Source: Bugula neritina
Taxonomy: Eukaryota; Animalia; Bryozoa
Assembly (NCBI GenBank): GCA_964035545.1
Contig: OZ037766.1
Span: forward strand, 30,432,773-30,496,772
Reading direction: 5' to 3'
DNA: 64,000 bases
Within the stretch, counting starts at the first letter, position 1; every line of letters starts with the position of its first letter. Below the pieces are notes generated by a model. That model had not been told where the DNA came from. It saw only the letters and a list, made by a program, of their open reading frames with translations, and ran no database searches. Positions 12,724-26,195 of the stretch are shown piece after piece. Made by a program: the position numbers and the translations under genes.

Positions 12724-15700
12724 TTAGGACACAAACGTGACTTTACTCTTTGTTAGATAAGGTAATAAAGTATTTATTCTTGCCTCAGTTTGCAGAGATG
12801 GTAGGCCACCTATAACAAATAATAAGATTAGGAGTTGAAGTGTTTAATTGTATAAATATTATATAACCTTTCAATTTAATGTGCTATAGTACATAATTAT
12901 TACCCACAATGCACCTGGATACAGGAAATGACAAATTTATACTAAACTGAGTGCATGTGCATAGAATACCAGCATGCTGTATACTGGCAAATAATTTTGA
13001 TTCAATATCTTTTGGTTTTTAGTTAAATACATTAAATTTTTCAACATGGACATTGTGAACAGGGATTATATAGCTCAAATACTAGCTAGAAATATTACCC
13101 CCTGAGCTATCTAGTAAATAGTTTAATGATCTAGAAAATAAAAATGCAATGCAGTGATTTTCAGTGAAGAAACCTGTTTAAAAATATAAAGTACATAAAA
13201 TGTAAAAGCTTTGAATGTCAATATTTCTGTTGAAGAAAAACTAGCTCTAGCCAAAACAAGAATAATTAGGTCAATATAAAGTGCCTGGGGTTTTATAAAA
13301 TTACAATATTGCCAAACAAGCTGCATCCAATTTAGTTAAGTTTTCAGTGATAACAGTTTCACTTGATTCAACATTCCACAATTACCGTGAGAAAAGCAAA
13401 TTTCAGTCAACATATTCAATTCGATCAATTAGATGCAAATTCTAAGCACAGCAGTTTAATTATGCAACATATTATGTATTTTAAGAGCTTGTTTTTGTTT
13501 TCTACATATTTTATCTGTCTACATATTTTATCTATTATTTAAATATGTTATTGTGAGTTGAATAGTTTGCAATCAATTAAACAAAAAAAATATGAAGACA
13601 AACATGTTTTTTTCTCATTTTCAAATTTCCAATTCACAGAGAAGAATCTTCAACCTGTATGTAGAAATAAGATCCGCTTTCCTTTAAAGACTTCAGGTTT
13701 ATTTTGCATCAAATCCTTCAACCCAAAAGCAGCTTTAGCAGTGTATGTGTTATCTAGTATTACTCCAGTTTGTGAGGCTGACTTGGCCATAAATTCTACA
13801 AGATTCAAACTTTGAGTGACAAATAAAAAGAAATCAAATATGCATTTATTAGTTTTTTGGGGTAAAGTTATAAGGCTTAGTAATCAGTGCTAAACGAAAA
13901 TATGTGAAATTTTGCTATGCTTATTCGAGTAAAAAATTAGAAGGTTACCAAGTTGAAATGGTAAGTTCATTCCATATTCTGGAATAACGTAGTTATAATA
14001 AAGAGAAATAATTTCTTCAACAGCGACATCATGTAGGCCAACTTCATTTAGATGATCTCGCAAAATGTTTCTGTAAAAATTCTCTTTTCCATCACCCACT
14101 GCAATGCCATGAAGTCTACAAATTGAAACACTCGGGTATAATACAATATATTAAATGTGAAAATTTACAGCAGTGTTGAAAGAAGAAGACAACTTCCATA
14201 TAAGTGGTTGCAACAGTTACTAGAAGTTTTATTGTATGTTCAAAAAACTGGGCACAAATTTACCACAAAAATAAAATTCGAAATGACTAAATTATGCTGT
14301 AAGTTTCTTTTGAGCTGTAAATATCAAGAATAAAAGTCTAATGGTTATATGAAATTAAAAGGAAACAAATTTAGACTAGTTTTGTTCAACGACTAAATTT
14401 GTTCAACGAACTTTCCTGCCAATTAACTAAACTGATCAGTAAAGCAGCAAACTACCATGAACGTATCAACTAATAAAAATTTTATACTATTTGTAACATC
14501 TCACCATTATAAACTATATGAAAGAAAACAATTTACTAACAAAAGTTTTACATATGTATTTTTAGATGCATGTATATTTTAGTCAAACCTGCAAATTATT
14601 AATTAATATAAGTTGAAGTTGGAAATATAAAATTAGCACACAACTGTTTTATAGCAACAAAAAGAACTTCATTATTTACGAGCATAATTAAGGTCCTAGG
14701 ACAAAAATACAGACTACTACAATAAGGAGGGGGAGGAGTGGTTCTAAAAATAGCAGAGGGAGACAATGAACTAAAACTAAGGGGGTTATAGTTTGATGGA
14801 TAGAGATCGGTGTCTATCAAAAAGTATTCAAGAAAGCTATTATAGCAGCTTGTCTAGAAGGTGCAAGATTATGTAATTGTGCCCAGTAGTTGTCAGCGTT
14901 TCTATGCCTGCCTATTCACAGCAACTATAAAATAAAGCCCACTCAGTCCTCACTGAAATTGACCAAAGATATGCAAATGAACCATTCAAGATTTTGGTAA
15001 ATCTTCATGAAAATTCCATAGTTTTAAGGAGCTGCAGGATTTTAGCTCTCCTTTTAAATGCTAGTTATCTTTTTTACTAACAAAGGCAGCTAATGGAAAC
15101 TGAAATTATTCAGCCGTTTTTCTGGTCTGTAAATTATGAAATGTGAATAGCTGTATAGGAACAAGTGTCATTTATTTGAAAATTTGTTTGAAAGAGTAAT
15201 TAGTGCATGCTAATCTTAACCTACCTGTAGGGCATTCCACACAGGTAGTTGGCTATAGCTAGACCACTGACTGTTCTGCCACTACCATATGCACACACAA
15301 TGTCATCAAATTCTACTGCCTGAAAAAATTCATTTACTCTGTATAGGTTCATTAGAGGGGTAACAGTTTAGATGTATAAGAAAAAATAATTTTTTATTTT
15401 AAAACATATTGGCAAAACTTTTTTTAAACATTTTTTCTCATAATTTTTGAGACAATCTTTTAGTATCTCTGTTAAAATCCGACTTTGAAAAATGACACCA
15501 GGCAAAAATTAAATGCAACAACAGAATAGTCACTAATTTAAACAAAATGTTTTGCAACTAGCAGCAATCACCGTCAGCATTTGATCTGTCAGCAACTCAG
15601 AGCACACACAAATTCAGTTGACAGAAGAGGGTCGAATTGAAATAAAAAAAGTGTACTCACTAAATGGTAATCGGCCAATTATATCAAACCCGCCCGAGCT

Positions 15701-17497
15701 TTCTGCACTTCTCGCTCAGCAGCTACATGCATGAAAACCCACACAAAACAGCCAATTTTTGAGCTGGATGGGTTCCCACATCTTGCCCATGCTACAACTG
15801 TAGCTGACTGAGTGATTGAATAACTGACTAATTAACTCACTAACTAACTGACTACCCAACTGACTGACTGACTACCCAAATGACTGACTGACCAGTAGGT
15901 TGATCAAATTACTAACTGATTCACCCACTTGCTGTCTAATATCCTCAAAACATTGAATGTAGCCCCACATTCCCATGTCCTGACATCCATTCAAATAAAT
16001 AAGATGAGATGTCTCTCCTGTCTCTTTTCTATGCAATCAATAAAATAAAAAATAATTAATACAAATCATAATGGCTACTGGAAACAGGAAAATAATTATG
16101 TACTGCAATTTAAAAACGCTAAGATGTTGTATCGTTCCTTGTAATCAGCTACAACGTGAAATATTTTTTAATTCAATAAATGCAAAATAGCATTTTCATT
16201 TTATTTTGATAAAAAAAAGTATTTGAAATATTAGTACAGTAGGTAAAGAAGAAAACACAGACTTTTAGTAGTTACATATATTACTTGACCTTAGCCTATA
16301 TAACGTTAGTTTATCAATTTAGAACAAGATTTGTGACTCACTCTATCTGGTCAGCAAGCTCTTGCATTTTAACCTCAATAAACTCTACATAACTAGCATC
16401 TGGTGGGGAAATGTACAAATGAGCTCCCAACAGTCTATCAAGGAAGAAATTACCATCAAATTTTAGTTCTGAAGCTTTCTATAAAATAATTATTAGTATT
16501 ACCTCCTCATAATTGTAGAAATGAACAAAGCAATCACTTAAGCAACTTTTGTAAAAAAATTTCTAAAGTTAGTGAAAACTGCATTGATCATTTCTATAGA
16601 GAAACCAAAGACCATTGTGTATGAACGTGTATGAACAATAAAAACCTTTCTGTATGTATGTGAAATTACAATAACAACACTGTATGTATATTTGAAGTGA
16701 AAATCACAACTAGTTATTAGTCCCAAAACACTAACCTTAGCTGGGGCTTTAAGGAACAGGTGACTCTGTAGCCCAAGTTCTGCACAGCTAGCTGCTACAG
16801 CTCTACAGTGGTTACTGTGTAACGCCCCAGCAGTAATTACATGTTTATGTCCTTTGGCTATAGCATCACCTAAAATAAACTCCAGTTGTCTTGCCTGAAA
16901 TGTTGTGATAATAAAACATCTTAGAAGAAAGAATACAGTTCAACACTAAACGCTATCACTAGGAGTATGAAATGACACTAGTTGGTGCAATGTGAAAAAC
17001 ATGTCTAAAAATAAACAAACCTTGTTACCACTGAGTATACTTCCTGTATAATCGTCACGTTTTAGTAGCACTTTGAAATCTTCAGGAGCATCTGGAAGTT
17101 TCCATTCTGTTATTGGAGTGACACCAGGGGCAGCTAGCTGTAATAATTTATTATGTATGTTGTTATTATATTATAGTGTTGCTACGTATGCAAATATTCA
17201 TATTGTCAGATATTTTGGTGTGATATTCCTTGTATCCATGCACACACTACAAGTAATACATTTGGTAAAACTTTTAGGGAAACAATAGTTTTTACTTTAA
17301 TAATTTACTTTAAATGGTCAGCTGCTATGAAACTATTTTGCTCATGTAAATTATTTAGAAAAGGAATATATGCCGCATTACAGAGTTTTTATAAGACAGC
17401 CTTCCATATACTAACTAACCTGCACTCGATACTTGGGAATGAGTTTGAGTGACTGGGCCCACTCTGGAGGTTGATATTCTTGCAACCTATGAGTCAT
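12724..17497 (-). CDS. D-cysteine desulfhydrase-like PLP enzyme, paralog C, 359 aa
   Basis: Exons 17420-17497, 17021-17137, 16736-16894, 16342-16478, 15929-16028, 15225-15319, 13949-14115, 13655-13795, 12724-12809, with sizes identical to paralog B. Motifs: KRDDYTG..SGNKARQLEF, SNHCRA, DNTYTAKA, HTGG. Confidence 0.9.
15804..15895. repeat. Degenerate (GACT/AACT)n microsatellite next to the exon 5 donor of paralog C
   Basis: Runs such as actgactgactgactacccaa are visible directly. Confidence 0.65.
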
Positions 17498-19029
17498 CTT
17501 CTATATTCAAGTCACTCACTCTTCTTTATCGTAATCTGCAAATTTTCTGGAGTTAGTGAAATAACAATCAGGTGCAGTAGTAGAAAAATTTCATTAGCTC
17601 AAGTTCTTGACCTTTGTTAAGATTTTCCGAGACGCCACTTTTGTCTTTTGTGATAGTTTCCGGTTTGCTTCAGTAATTCGACAAATCCATCATTATTATT
17701 ATGGTTATCATAATGATTACGAGTATCAGTATGTGCTAAGAAAATAATTTCTTAGCACAAAAATATTTTTAACAGATATTCATAATTGTTATGAGTATTC
17801 ATATTATATGTCCTTTTCAAAATTGTCAAGTTTAATCGCTATAATCCTAGTTAAATTTTAGGCTTTTGCTTTCAAGTTTCAAGTTTAAATTTGCTGACAC
17901 TTTTACTTTTAGTTTTACTTTTGCCTTTGGTTTTACTTTTACTTTTAGTTTTGCTTTTAGCTTTAACTTTAAGTAATCTGTTAGCTACCTGATGGTTATT
18001 TTGAAAACTTTCGTTTCAACTCTTGAAAAACAGCATGAATAATATTGTTCTAATTATAATAAACACCGTGATTATCATTATGACTTATTACTTATTAGTT
18101 ATTGTTAGACTTAGAGTATCATTATCAATCTATTAGTGTTATTGTCATTATGATTATCACTTATCGGTATCACTATCATTATTGCGAATAATAATAACAA
18201 TATCATTAAAATAACATTAAATGTTACCTCCAGTTACCTCCAGATTACGATCATGCTAGACCACTAGGAGTAGGTAGCAGAAGCGGCATGCCTCATATGT
18301 TTATGGTTGGTCAGAAAGTAAAATGCATACAATAGTCCATAAATTGGTTGCAGTGTGTGTTGCAATATTGTTTATTAGTACAGGTAAGTTAACCTGTCAA
18401 TGTTTAGATTATTCTGTGTGTAAATTAGTCTTGCAAGTTTTGGAACAACTCTGTACGAGTATCACTATAACTATTAGTATTAGTGCTAATGTTACTCAAA
18501 TATCATAATAATTTATTAATTTAACACTAGCAGATTGGGAGACACACATTCTCAGATTAAGTATCGTAGTGACACTAACAAGTAAGAGCAGCCATAGGCT
18601 AATCTCACTTAGAGTATGAGTATCTGTAGGTTTTCGTTTACATTTATTTTGACTTTCAGCATCGCCATTATTCTTATGATTACGACTGTGATGCAATCAA
18701 ACTGGTTCTAATTGTTGCAATATTTTGTGAAGTATCAGTGTTACTATGGAAGTTATAGAGCTCACTAATGACTCTAATTTTATTTTGATTGCGTGATCAT
18801 GATATATTATCATCATAATTATGATCACAAAGATGTTAGCTTTAGATTACTTATTGTTTTTATTTTTCAGAGTGTGGGCATTTAGTTACTACTTAAAACT
18901 CAAATTTTGAATGAAATTGTTATCATACGACTGAAAGCTTGGCAAAGACAAATGAAGAGTGAGAGTTGAAGTCGCTCTTTAAAATAGTTTACTCTTGGCT
19001 TGTTTCTACTTTAAATATTTCTTGCAATA

Positions 19030-22000
19030 ATGGCTGAACTAGGATTTGTGATGGGTAAGTTAGCTTACCAATTTTAATTTTAAACTATTCTTTGAACACA
19101 TTGGCAATGCTCTAATTATATTAGTTTTCGATTTTTAAGTCTTTAGTTTCATTGCTAGTTTCCTTTGTTAGAAGCTTTCAAGAATAGAGTAATAATTATG
19201 TCTGTTGAATTTAATTGATTGAAATGTAGGTGTTTGTTGGGTTTAGTACACAGGGTAATGTAATTATGAGGTTTGAGTCAACCTGTGACATAATGTAATT
19301 AGGTCAAATTCTTGGAGCAACCAGAATTTAGGGCTTTATACAAAGAGGGGGTAGCTCTTTCAATAACCTGCCTTATGCTCCAGGATTATATAGTCATTAG
19401 AGTTCACGTTTAATAAGGTTTTCTTATTAGCACATCTTTAACAACCAGCAAAACACATTTTATTGATTCACCATTTTTATTCTTTCAGGCAATGAAATAA
19501 AAATTTTAGTGCTTTGTCTACAACAGAGACTTTATAATATGTGCATTTGTAAAGTTTAAAGAAAATATTGTAATAATATCACAGTGTTTTTATTTTATGT
19601 TTTGATATTATAAATGAAGGCTCTGGATATGTCACATGTATTTTATTCAATTAGCATTGCTACGTTCTACATTTCTGCTATGTTATCTGATAACTCTGTT
19701 TAAAGGGGGGTTGAGCTACACCTATGAGAATGGTGTTACGAGTACCGATCCATTTCCACCATCAAACGATCCTGTCATTATTCTAGGAAAGAGATACAGT
19801 TCATTTTTTGGTAAGCTATGCGAAAAATAGATTTACTGATATCTGTGTCTAATACGTTTCGAAGTAACTTGTCTCCAGGGTTGGTGTTAGTGTACAGCTT
19901 CTATATGCTTTGAATTTCATGGTCTAAATAGTAACCAATTACTGACTGAGTAAATATAATAACTTCATTGTTGGTATTGAAGTTGTTTGTCAACTTTCTA
20001 AATATATTTTTTGGCAGATCATAAAAAGTTGAAAAAGGTTGTTCAAACACTTCCATGGTTCACCTATAGGAAAGGATTCAACCCCATAGGTGGTACAGGT
20101 AGGTTACTAGGTGGTACAGGTATGTTACTAGGTGGTGCAGGTATGTTACTAGGTGGTGCAGGTATGTTACTAGGTGGTGCAGGTATGTTACTAGGTGGTG
20201 CAGGTATGTTACTAGGTGGTACAGGTATGTTACAGGTGGTACAGGTAGGTTACTAGGTGGTACAGGTAGGTTACTAGGTGGTGCAGGTATGTTACTAGGT
20301 GGTACAGGTATGTTACAGGTGGTACAGGTAGGTTACTAGGTGGTACAGGTAGGTTACTAGGTGGTGCAGGTATGTTACTAGGTGGTACAGGTAGATTACT
20401 AGGTGGTACAGGTAGATTAATAGGTGGTACAGGTAGGTTACTAGGTGGTACAGGTAGATTACTAGGTGGTACAGGTAGGTTACTAGGTGGTACAGGTAGG
20501 TTCTGAATATCTACGTATTCTTCATATTTATATCTGCTGTTATCTATATTTATAGTATATTTTCTGTATATCATTATAATATATTGTCTATTTTATTGTT
20601 AACGGATTTTATTTATCTTTTTCTGTAACTATTACTGTCTATAAACACTACAGCTATTATTCCAATCTATTTCTTATGATATAATGTTTATGTATTACTG
20701 TCTATAGTATCTATATACCATATTCTATATCTATGTTATAGTCTATAATATCTATATATCTTACTCTATATCTATGTTATAGTCTATAGTATCTATATAC
20801 CATATTCTATATCTATGTTATAGTCTATAATATCTATATGTATTACTCTATATCTATGATCTACAGGCCCGACGTCAGACCAAGGCTGGGGCTGCATGTT
20901 ACGCTGTGGCCAGATGATGCTCTGCCAATCTCTAGTCAACCTTCACCTTCCTCCAAGTAAGTAAACAAGGTCAAGGTCAGTTTATATACTCGCAAGCAGC
21001 ATGTTAAAGTCAAACTAGACCATATATTACACTAGATTGTTACTATACGATATTGTTACTATACTCTATTGTTACTATACTATATTGTTACTATACTAGA
21101 TTGTTACTATGCTATATTATGGTCACTATACTATATTGTTACTATACTAGATTGTTACTATACTCTATTGTTACTATACTCTATTGTTACTATACTATAT
21201 TGTTACTATACTATATTGTTACTATACTGTATTGTTACTATACTATATTGTTACTATACTATATCATTGTTACTATACTGTATTGTTACTATACTATATT
21301 GTTACTATATGATATTGTTACTATATTATATTATGATGCAGATTGGACCTGGTCTATTGATAGTCTAGGAGGGAATCCTGCATACAGAAAAGTTCTGGAT
21401 ATGTTTTTAGATAAGAAATCCTCATGTTATTCCATTCACCAGATAGGTGAGTTAATTCTGTAATATTTGAGTTACTTCTTTTGAGTTTTGAGTAGTTTCT
21501 TTGCTTTTGTATTTATTCCAAGTGTTTAATTTGTCTTGTCAAAGTTTTACAGCGGCTGTTTCGTATTTTGGGTAATAATTTGGTTTTCTGAGTTTTTCCA
21601 AATTACTTTGGTGTGCCATTTTTTATTTACTAAAAATATATACAAATTTCTGAGATGACATTTAAAATTTTGCATTTTCATATCAGCTGAAGCATTTTTA
21701 TGCAAGTTGGTTTCAACTTTCTTGGTCCATAGTTTTCATTAATTACTATTCAAGACAGTTTTTTCAAGTGTACAAAATTTAAGTTTCACATTTCACAAAG
21801 TAGCTGAAATTTTCTTCTGTTTTTAAACTTGTATAACTCTGTTTTGTTAGTGCTTTTTTAGAAATATGTTTTTATTTTCCTTTATTTCAGCGTCAATGGG
21901 GGTGGCAGAGGGCAAGAATGTGGGTCAGTGGTTTGGTCCCAACACGGTGGCGCAAGTCTTGAAGTAAGTTAGGAATAAAGAATTTTTTAGAGAACTTATT

Positions 22001-25000
22001 GTTCTTATTAAACTGTTTGGACGTATTGTTTTGCTTTTGTCAACCTTTTTAATGCCGTTTCTTTTTTTCATACATTCTTTAGCAATTTGTATGCGTATTT
22101 TATACATTCATCCTGTATTTGATTAGTTAACTCGAAATAGGTTGAATAAATTGTGTTATCCGCTACAGATATCTGAAACATTTAAAGTGTTTTCAATGGT
22201 TATACACGACGTATTCCCATTGAGTAAATGTCATTAAATATGGTTGGAAAGTAAATTTCCCTGCTTCCGGTCTCAATAAAGGGAAGTATTGGTGTTTAAC
22301 TTATTGTAATATTGAAGAGGCTTTTCTAAAAGTTTATTATTAAATATTGAGAACATTTGACTCAACTAGCTGAAGGTGTGCAGGTCTAGATGTATTCTAC
22401 TCATCAAATGAGCTCCATTTAGTCTGTAAGTAACTAATGTTTATCTTATACACAGGAAGTTGACTTCTTATGACGACTGGAACCAGATTGTTATTCACGT
22501 TGCCATGGACAACACTGTAGTCATTGAAGATATCAGTAAGTAGAAAAAAATTTTTTCTTCTTAGGTTAATGAGTTTTATTGAACTGTTTTACTGTTCACT
22601 TATAAGACATCCTAAATTATCATAGTCATCACAATATTAAAATTTGCTAAATTTTGCTATGTTTAAACTTGGTTCAGATATGTAATTATTAAACTAATCT
22701 CAACATTGCCATAGATGATAACACTCATTCATCTGTTTGGGTATTTTAACATTTTCTGAAATTTTTTCAGTTTGGAACTGATTAGGAAACAATTAGCTTT
22801 AGTAAATAAATATTTTATAAAATATGTTAAAACACAATATATCTTTTTTATTATAACAACCTTTTGATTGTTTTTTTCATGGAATTGTTGAAGTAATAAC
22901 TCTCCTCCCTCTGCCATGTTTATTTAGCATACTCTTTTATTTCAACAGAAAAACTGTGTAAGACGCCACACACTTCCAGCGGAGTAAACCTGCAGTTTGA
23001 ATCAGACACCTCAATAACCACGAGTTTGTACAGGGACCCCAATCTATCTTCCCACCTCTCACCACATACTAGCCTCACGTCCTCAGCAAGTTGGGATGGG
23101 CACGTGTGGCGCCCTCTCCTTCTCATGGTGCCTCTCAGACTAGGATTGTCTTGCATCAATGATATCTACATGAGAAGTCTCAAGGTAAACAAATTAAATA
23201 CACAAATACGTCTATTCAGAGAGTGGAGAAGCTACATGCATTTTACTGGCAATTTTTCATTTCAATGAAGCTATTTGAAATACTGATGCAACTCATGCAT
23301 TCATTTTTACTTTGACTATAAACTTTGTATGACTGTCTTTTCTAGAAATTCTTTGAGTTGCCATATACGGTCGGAGTTCTTGGCGGGAAGCCAAACCACG
23401 CCCACTGGTTTATTGGTTACACTGGTGAGCAGACGACTCTCTATCTCTCTTGCTATTGGGTTTTTTTTCCAGATTCACCATTGTTATACTATAGGTGTTT
23501 TTGTGAACAGCCAACAGCATTTTGTTTTAATCTGCTTTGCTAGACAAGTAAATAAACATTAAGAAACTTTTATAGCCAAATTGAATTTCTGTTTATTGAG
23601 AAAGCCTTGCATTTCATTTCTGTTTTTATGTGCCTGTTGAAGACCTACTTTATGGTACTTTGTCTTTATGCTGTTAGTGTTCAGTTTTGTAGCTGATGTT
23701 GTTTATATCGTTGCCTAGGAGACGACCTTATATTCCTTGACCCACATACTGTACAGCCAATGGTAGATACCGATACTCATGATGGATTATGGGACGACTC
23801 CAGTTATCACTGCACTGCAGCCTGCAGAATGAATATTTCTAACTTGGATCCAAGTGTAGCTTTAGTAAGACGATTGTTGACTAATAAGACTAAATGTTCC
23901 TGGTATTCTAGGTCAACAGATTGACATACAGTATTACATATTATATATTCATTAGTCTGACTTGCTTGTATGCTTTTCAACTGTTCTTCTATTGTTACAT
24001 AAGATCACAGGTGTAATGCTTTACAATGAGTGACACTACTTTAGTATTTGGGGCTTTAGCGATCAAAAACCTGTCAACTATATACTTATTGCATATATTC
24101 TTGTTTGGAATTATCATTGGTAATCATCATAATAAGTTTAAGTTGACAGAATGTTTATATAACTGCCATGCAATTTATGCAAAGTGGTTGCAGGTGTTTG
24201 TCTATGCTTTGACTATCTGCTAGTTATAATGTTTAGATGTTCAATGCAACACATATGTAAGGCCAATCAGCTACTCCAACACACATGTAGGGCCAATCAG
24301 CTATTTTAACACATATGTCTAGCCAAGCAGGTGCTCCCTATCAATGCTAATATCACTCAGACAAATAATTTTGGCTGCAGGGCTTCTTCTGCAGAACGGA
24401 ACAAGAGTTTGATGACTTAGCCCAAATTCTTCAACACGAAAAGAATTCAATAGCCCCAATGTTTGAGGTGTGCTTAAAGCGTCCCACACATTGGCCTCCT
24501 CTAAACACTGGAAATCCTCACGGCACAGACACAGGTACGTTATGTTTTTCGATATAGGAACTTCTGAACAATTTCTGATTTTAAATCATGATTTTTTTTT
24601 GTAGTTGGAGTGTATTTGAGTTTAGCTAAAGCAAGTGAAGCTGCTTTTCACACTTCTAATGGTTTAGTAGTCAATCCATATTTTTTTTAATACGAATTAA
24701 AATATAGGAAATTGTCTGCTCATGCAGTTGATAGTCTCAAATCTCCCACAATCCTGAGTTATTTTAATATTAGAATTAGCAAGCATCTTGTTGATGTTTT
24801 GATTTTCATCCTAACAACTCTAATCTGAAATTCTTAAGTTTCGCCTCTCCTGTCATAGTTTTTTCATTTTAAATCTTATGAAGTATAAATCATTATTTCA
24901 AGAGGAGATAATTTCTCACACTTGAGGTACTCTTCAGTTACCAGCAAAATTATGTGAAGATTCATTTAAACTGTATTGGATTTTTCAAACCTGCTTTATT

Positions 25001-25301
25001 TTCTTCAGTTGTTGGTCTATTTTAAATACTATTTGATGCCAAATTTGTTGCCCCTTTAAAAATGTCATCAACATCAACAACAATTTTGTACTCAAATTAA
25101 TAGTGACAAAATATGGTTAGCTATTAACAAGTTTGTCTAGCAGAGTTCATATATATTTTGTCTTTAAATGAAATATTTTTTTTAATTTTAGAGCCCTTGA
25201 TCTTAACTATTGTGTAATAACATAAGTAATTGATTTTTTCAGTGTTCACTGTAGTACCTTCTCCAAAGTATGATACAGATGACGAATACGAGCTGGTGTA
25301 G
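19030..25301 (+). CDS. ATG4: Cysteine protease ATG4 (ATG4A/B type), about 410 aa
   Basis: Twelve coding exons: 19030-19054, 19706-19810, 20018-20098, 20867-20956, 21342-21446, 21891-21963, 22456-22535, 22949-23184, 23346-23424, 23719-23864, 24381-24534, 25243-25301. Motifs: WFTYR, catalytic Cys in TSDQGWGCMLRCGQM, WFGPNTVAQ, PLRLG, GGKPNHAHWFIG, catalytic Asp/His in FLDPHT, DPS. The C-terminus is an acidic LIR, DDEYELV*. Confidence 0.95.
20087..20502 (+). repeat. 21-bp minisatellite (~20 units) spanning and reiterating the ATG4 exon 3 donor site
   Basis: Unit TAGGTGGT(A/G)CAG|GTA(G/T)GTTAC. The first unit overlaps the exon end, and two units are 1 nt short. Confidence 0.95.
20699..20860. repeat. 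~41-bp AT-rich tandem repeat (~4 units) abutting the ATG4 exon 4 acceptor
   Basis: Repeated TATAGTCTATA(G/A)TATCTATATA...CTATATCTATGT. Confidence 0.8.
21020..21332. repeat. 16-bp minisatellite (TATTGTTACTATACTA)n in ATG4 intron 4
   Basis: About 19 units ending just before the 21342 acceptor. It generates the spurious Y/L/I-rich ORFs in the track. Confidence 0.9.
24247..24331. repeat. 30-bp repeat, ~3 degenerate units
   Basis: CAACACATATGTAAGGCCAATCAGCTACTC repeated upstream of the 24381 acceptor. Confidence 0.7.
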
Positions 25302-26195
25302 ACAAATTGCATAGTGATATGATGAAGTAGCGCGCCAATAAGCAACAAGCTTATTGGATACTCATCCATAATATTCAATATGATTGGTTACTCTTTACAA
25401 ACTCATGCAGCTATGCAATACAAAACATGACTGTTAGGACATGTGATACACATAGTTATTTTTTTCATTGCGTAGATGTGTTTTATATAAGAGACGATTG
25501 TATATTTATATAATTAGATGTTTTACTCTTGTTTGTTTACAGGGCAATAATCATTAGTATTTCAAAATTATTTATTTGTATTTAACTTCAGTCTAAAACA
25601 TACTATTTATTCTGCAATGTAATTTTATCTTGATAATAATCTCATTTTGAAACAATAAATTGCAACTAATTTTTAAAATGTGATAAAGTGGCTGTTATAC
25701 ATACTAGAATACACACAAATCTTCCCCCTCAACAAACAATTTTTTAGGATTGATATATGAATGGGTCAACCTATTTTTAAATATAACCCCAAATCTATAA
25801 AAGTTTTGACTTAAATATGATAACCAAAGCAATTATTTTAAGAATTTCCAAGCTTCTAATGCTTTTTATAGAAACTAATAGATATCTTACCCTTCTAAAT
25901 GTTAGACAACAATTTTGTGTTTTCTAATCTTAAAATATAAAACTTATTTAAATACAGAATGAGGTAACTAACTTCTTAGTGATAATATGCATTATGAAAA
26001 TTGTATTATATACATTATGTTAAGCTTACATACATTCTAAACTATAGTTTAACAGTTTGCCTTTAATAACATTTTTATTTTGTGTAAATAGATATATAGT
26101 CAATACATGTATAAATTAGAAAACTTGGCGGACAAAATTATACAATATTCATATTCTATAGGTCGCAGTATGTAAAAATATGTTGCGAGTAAAGC

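Noticed and set aside
20011-21463. Gly/Leu-, Pro/Asn- and Tyr/Leu-rich ORFs in ATG4 introns
   Set aside because: These are translations of the 21-bp and 16-bp minisatellites. Only the portions matching ATG4 exons are coding.
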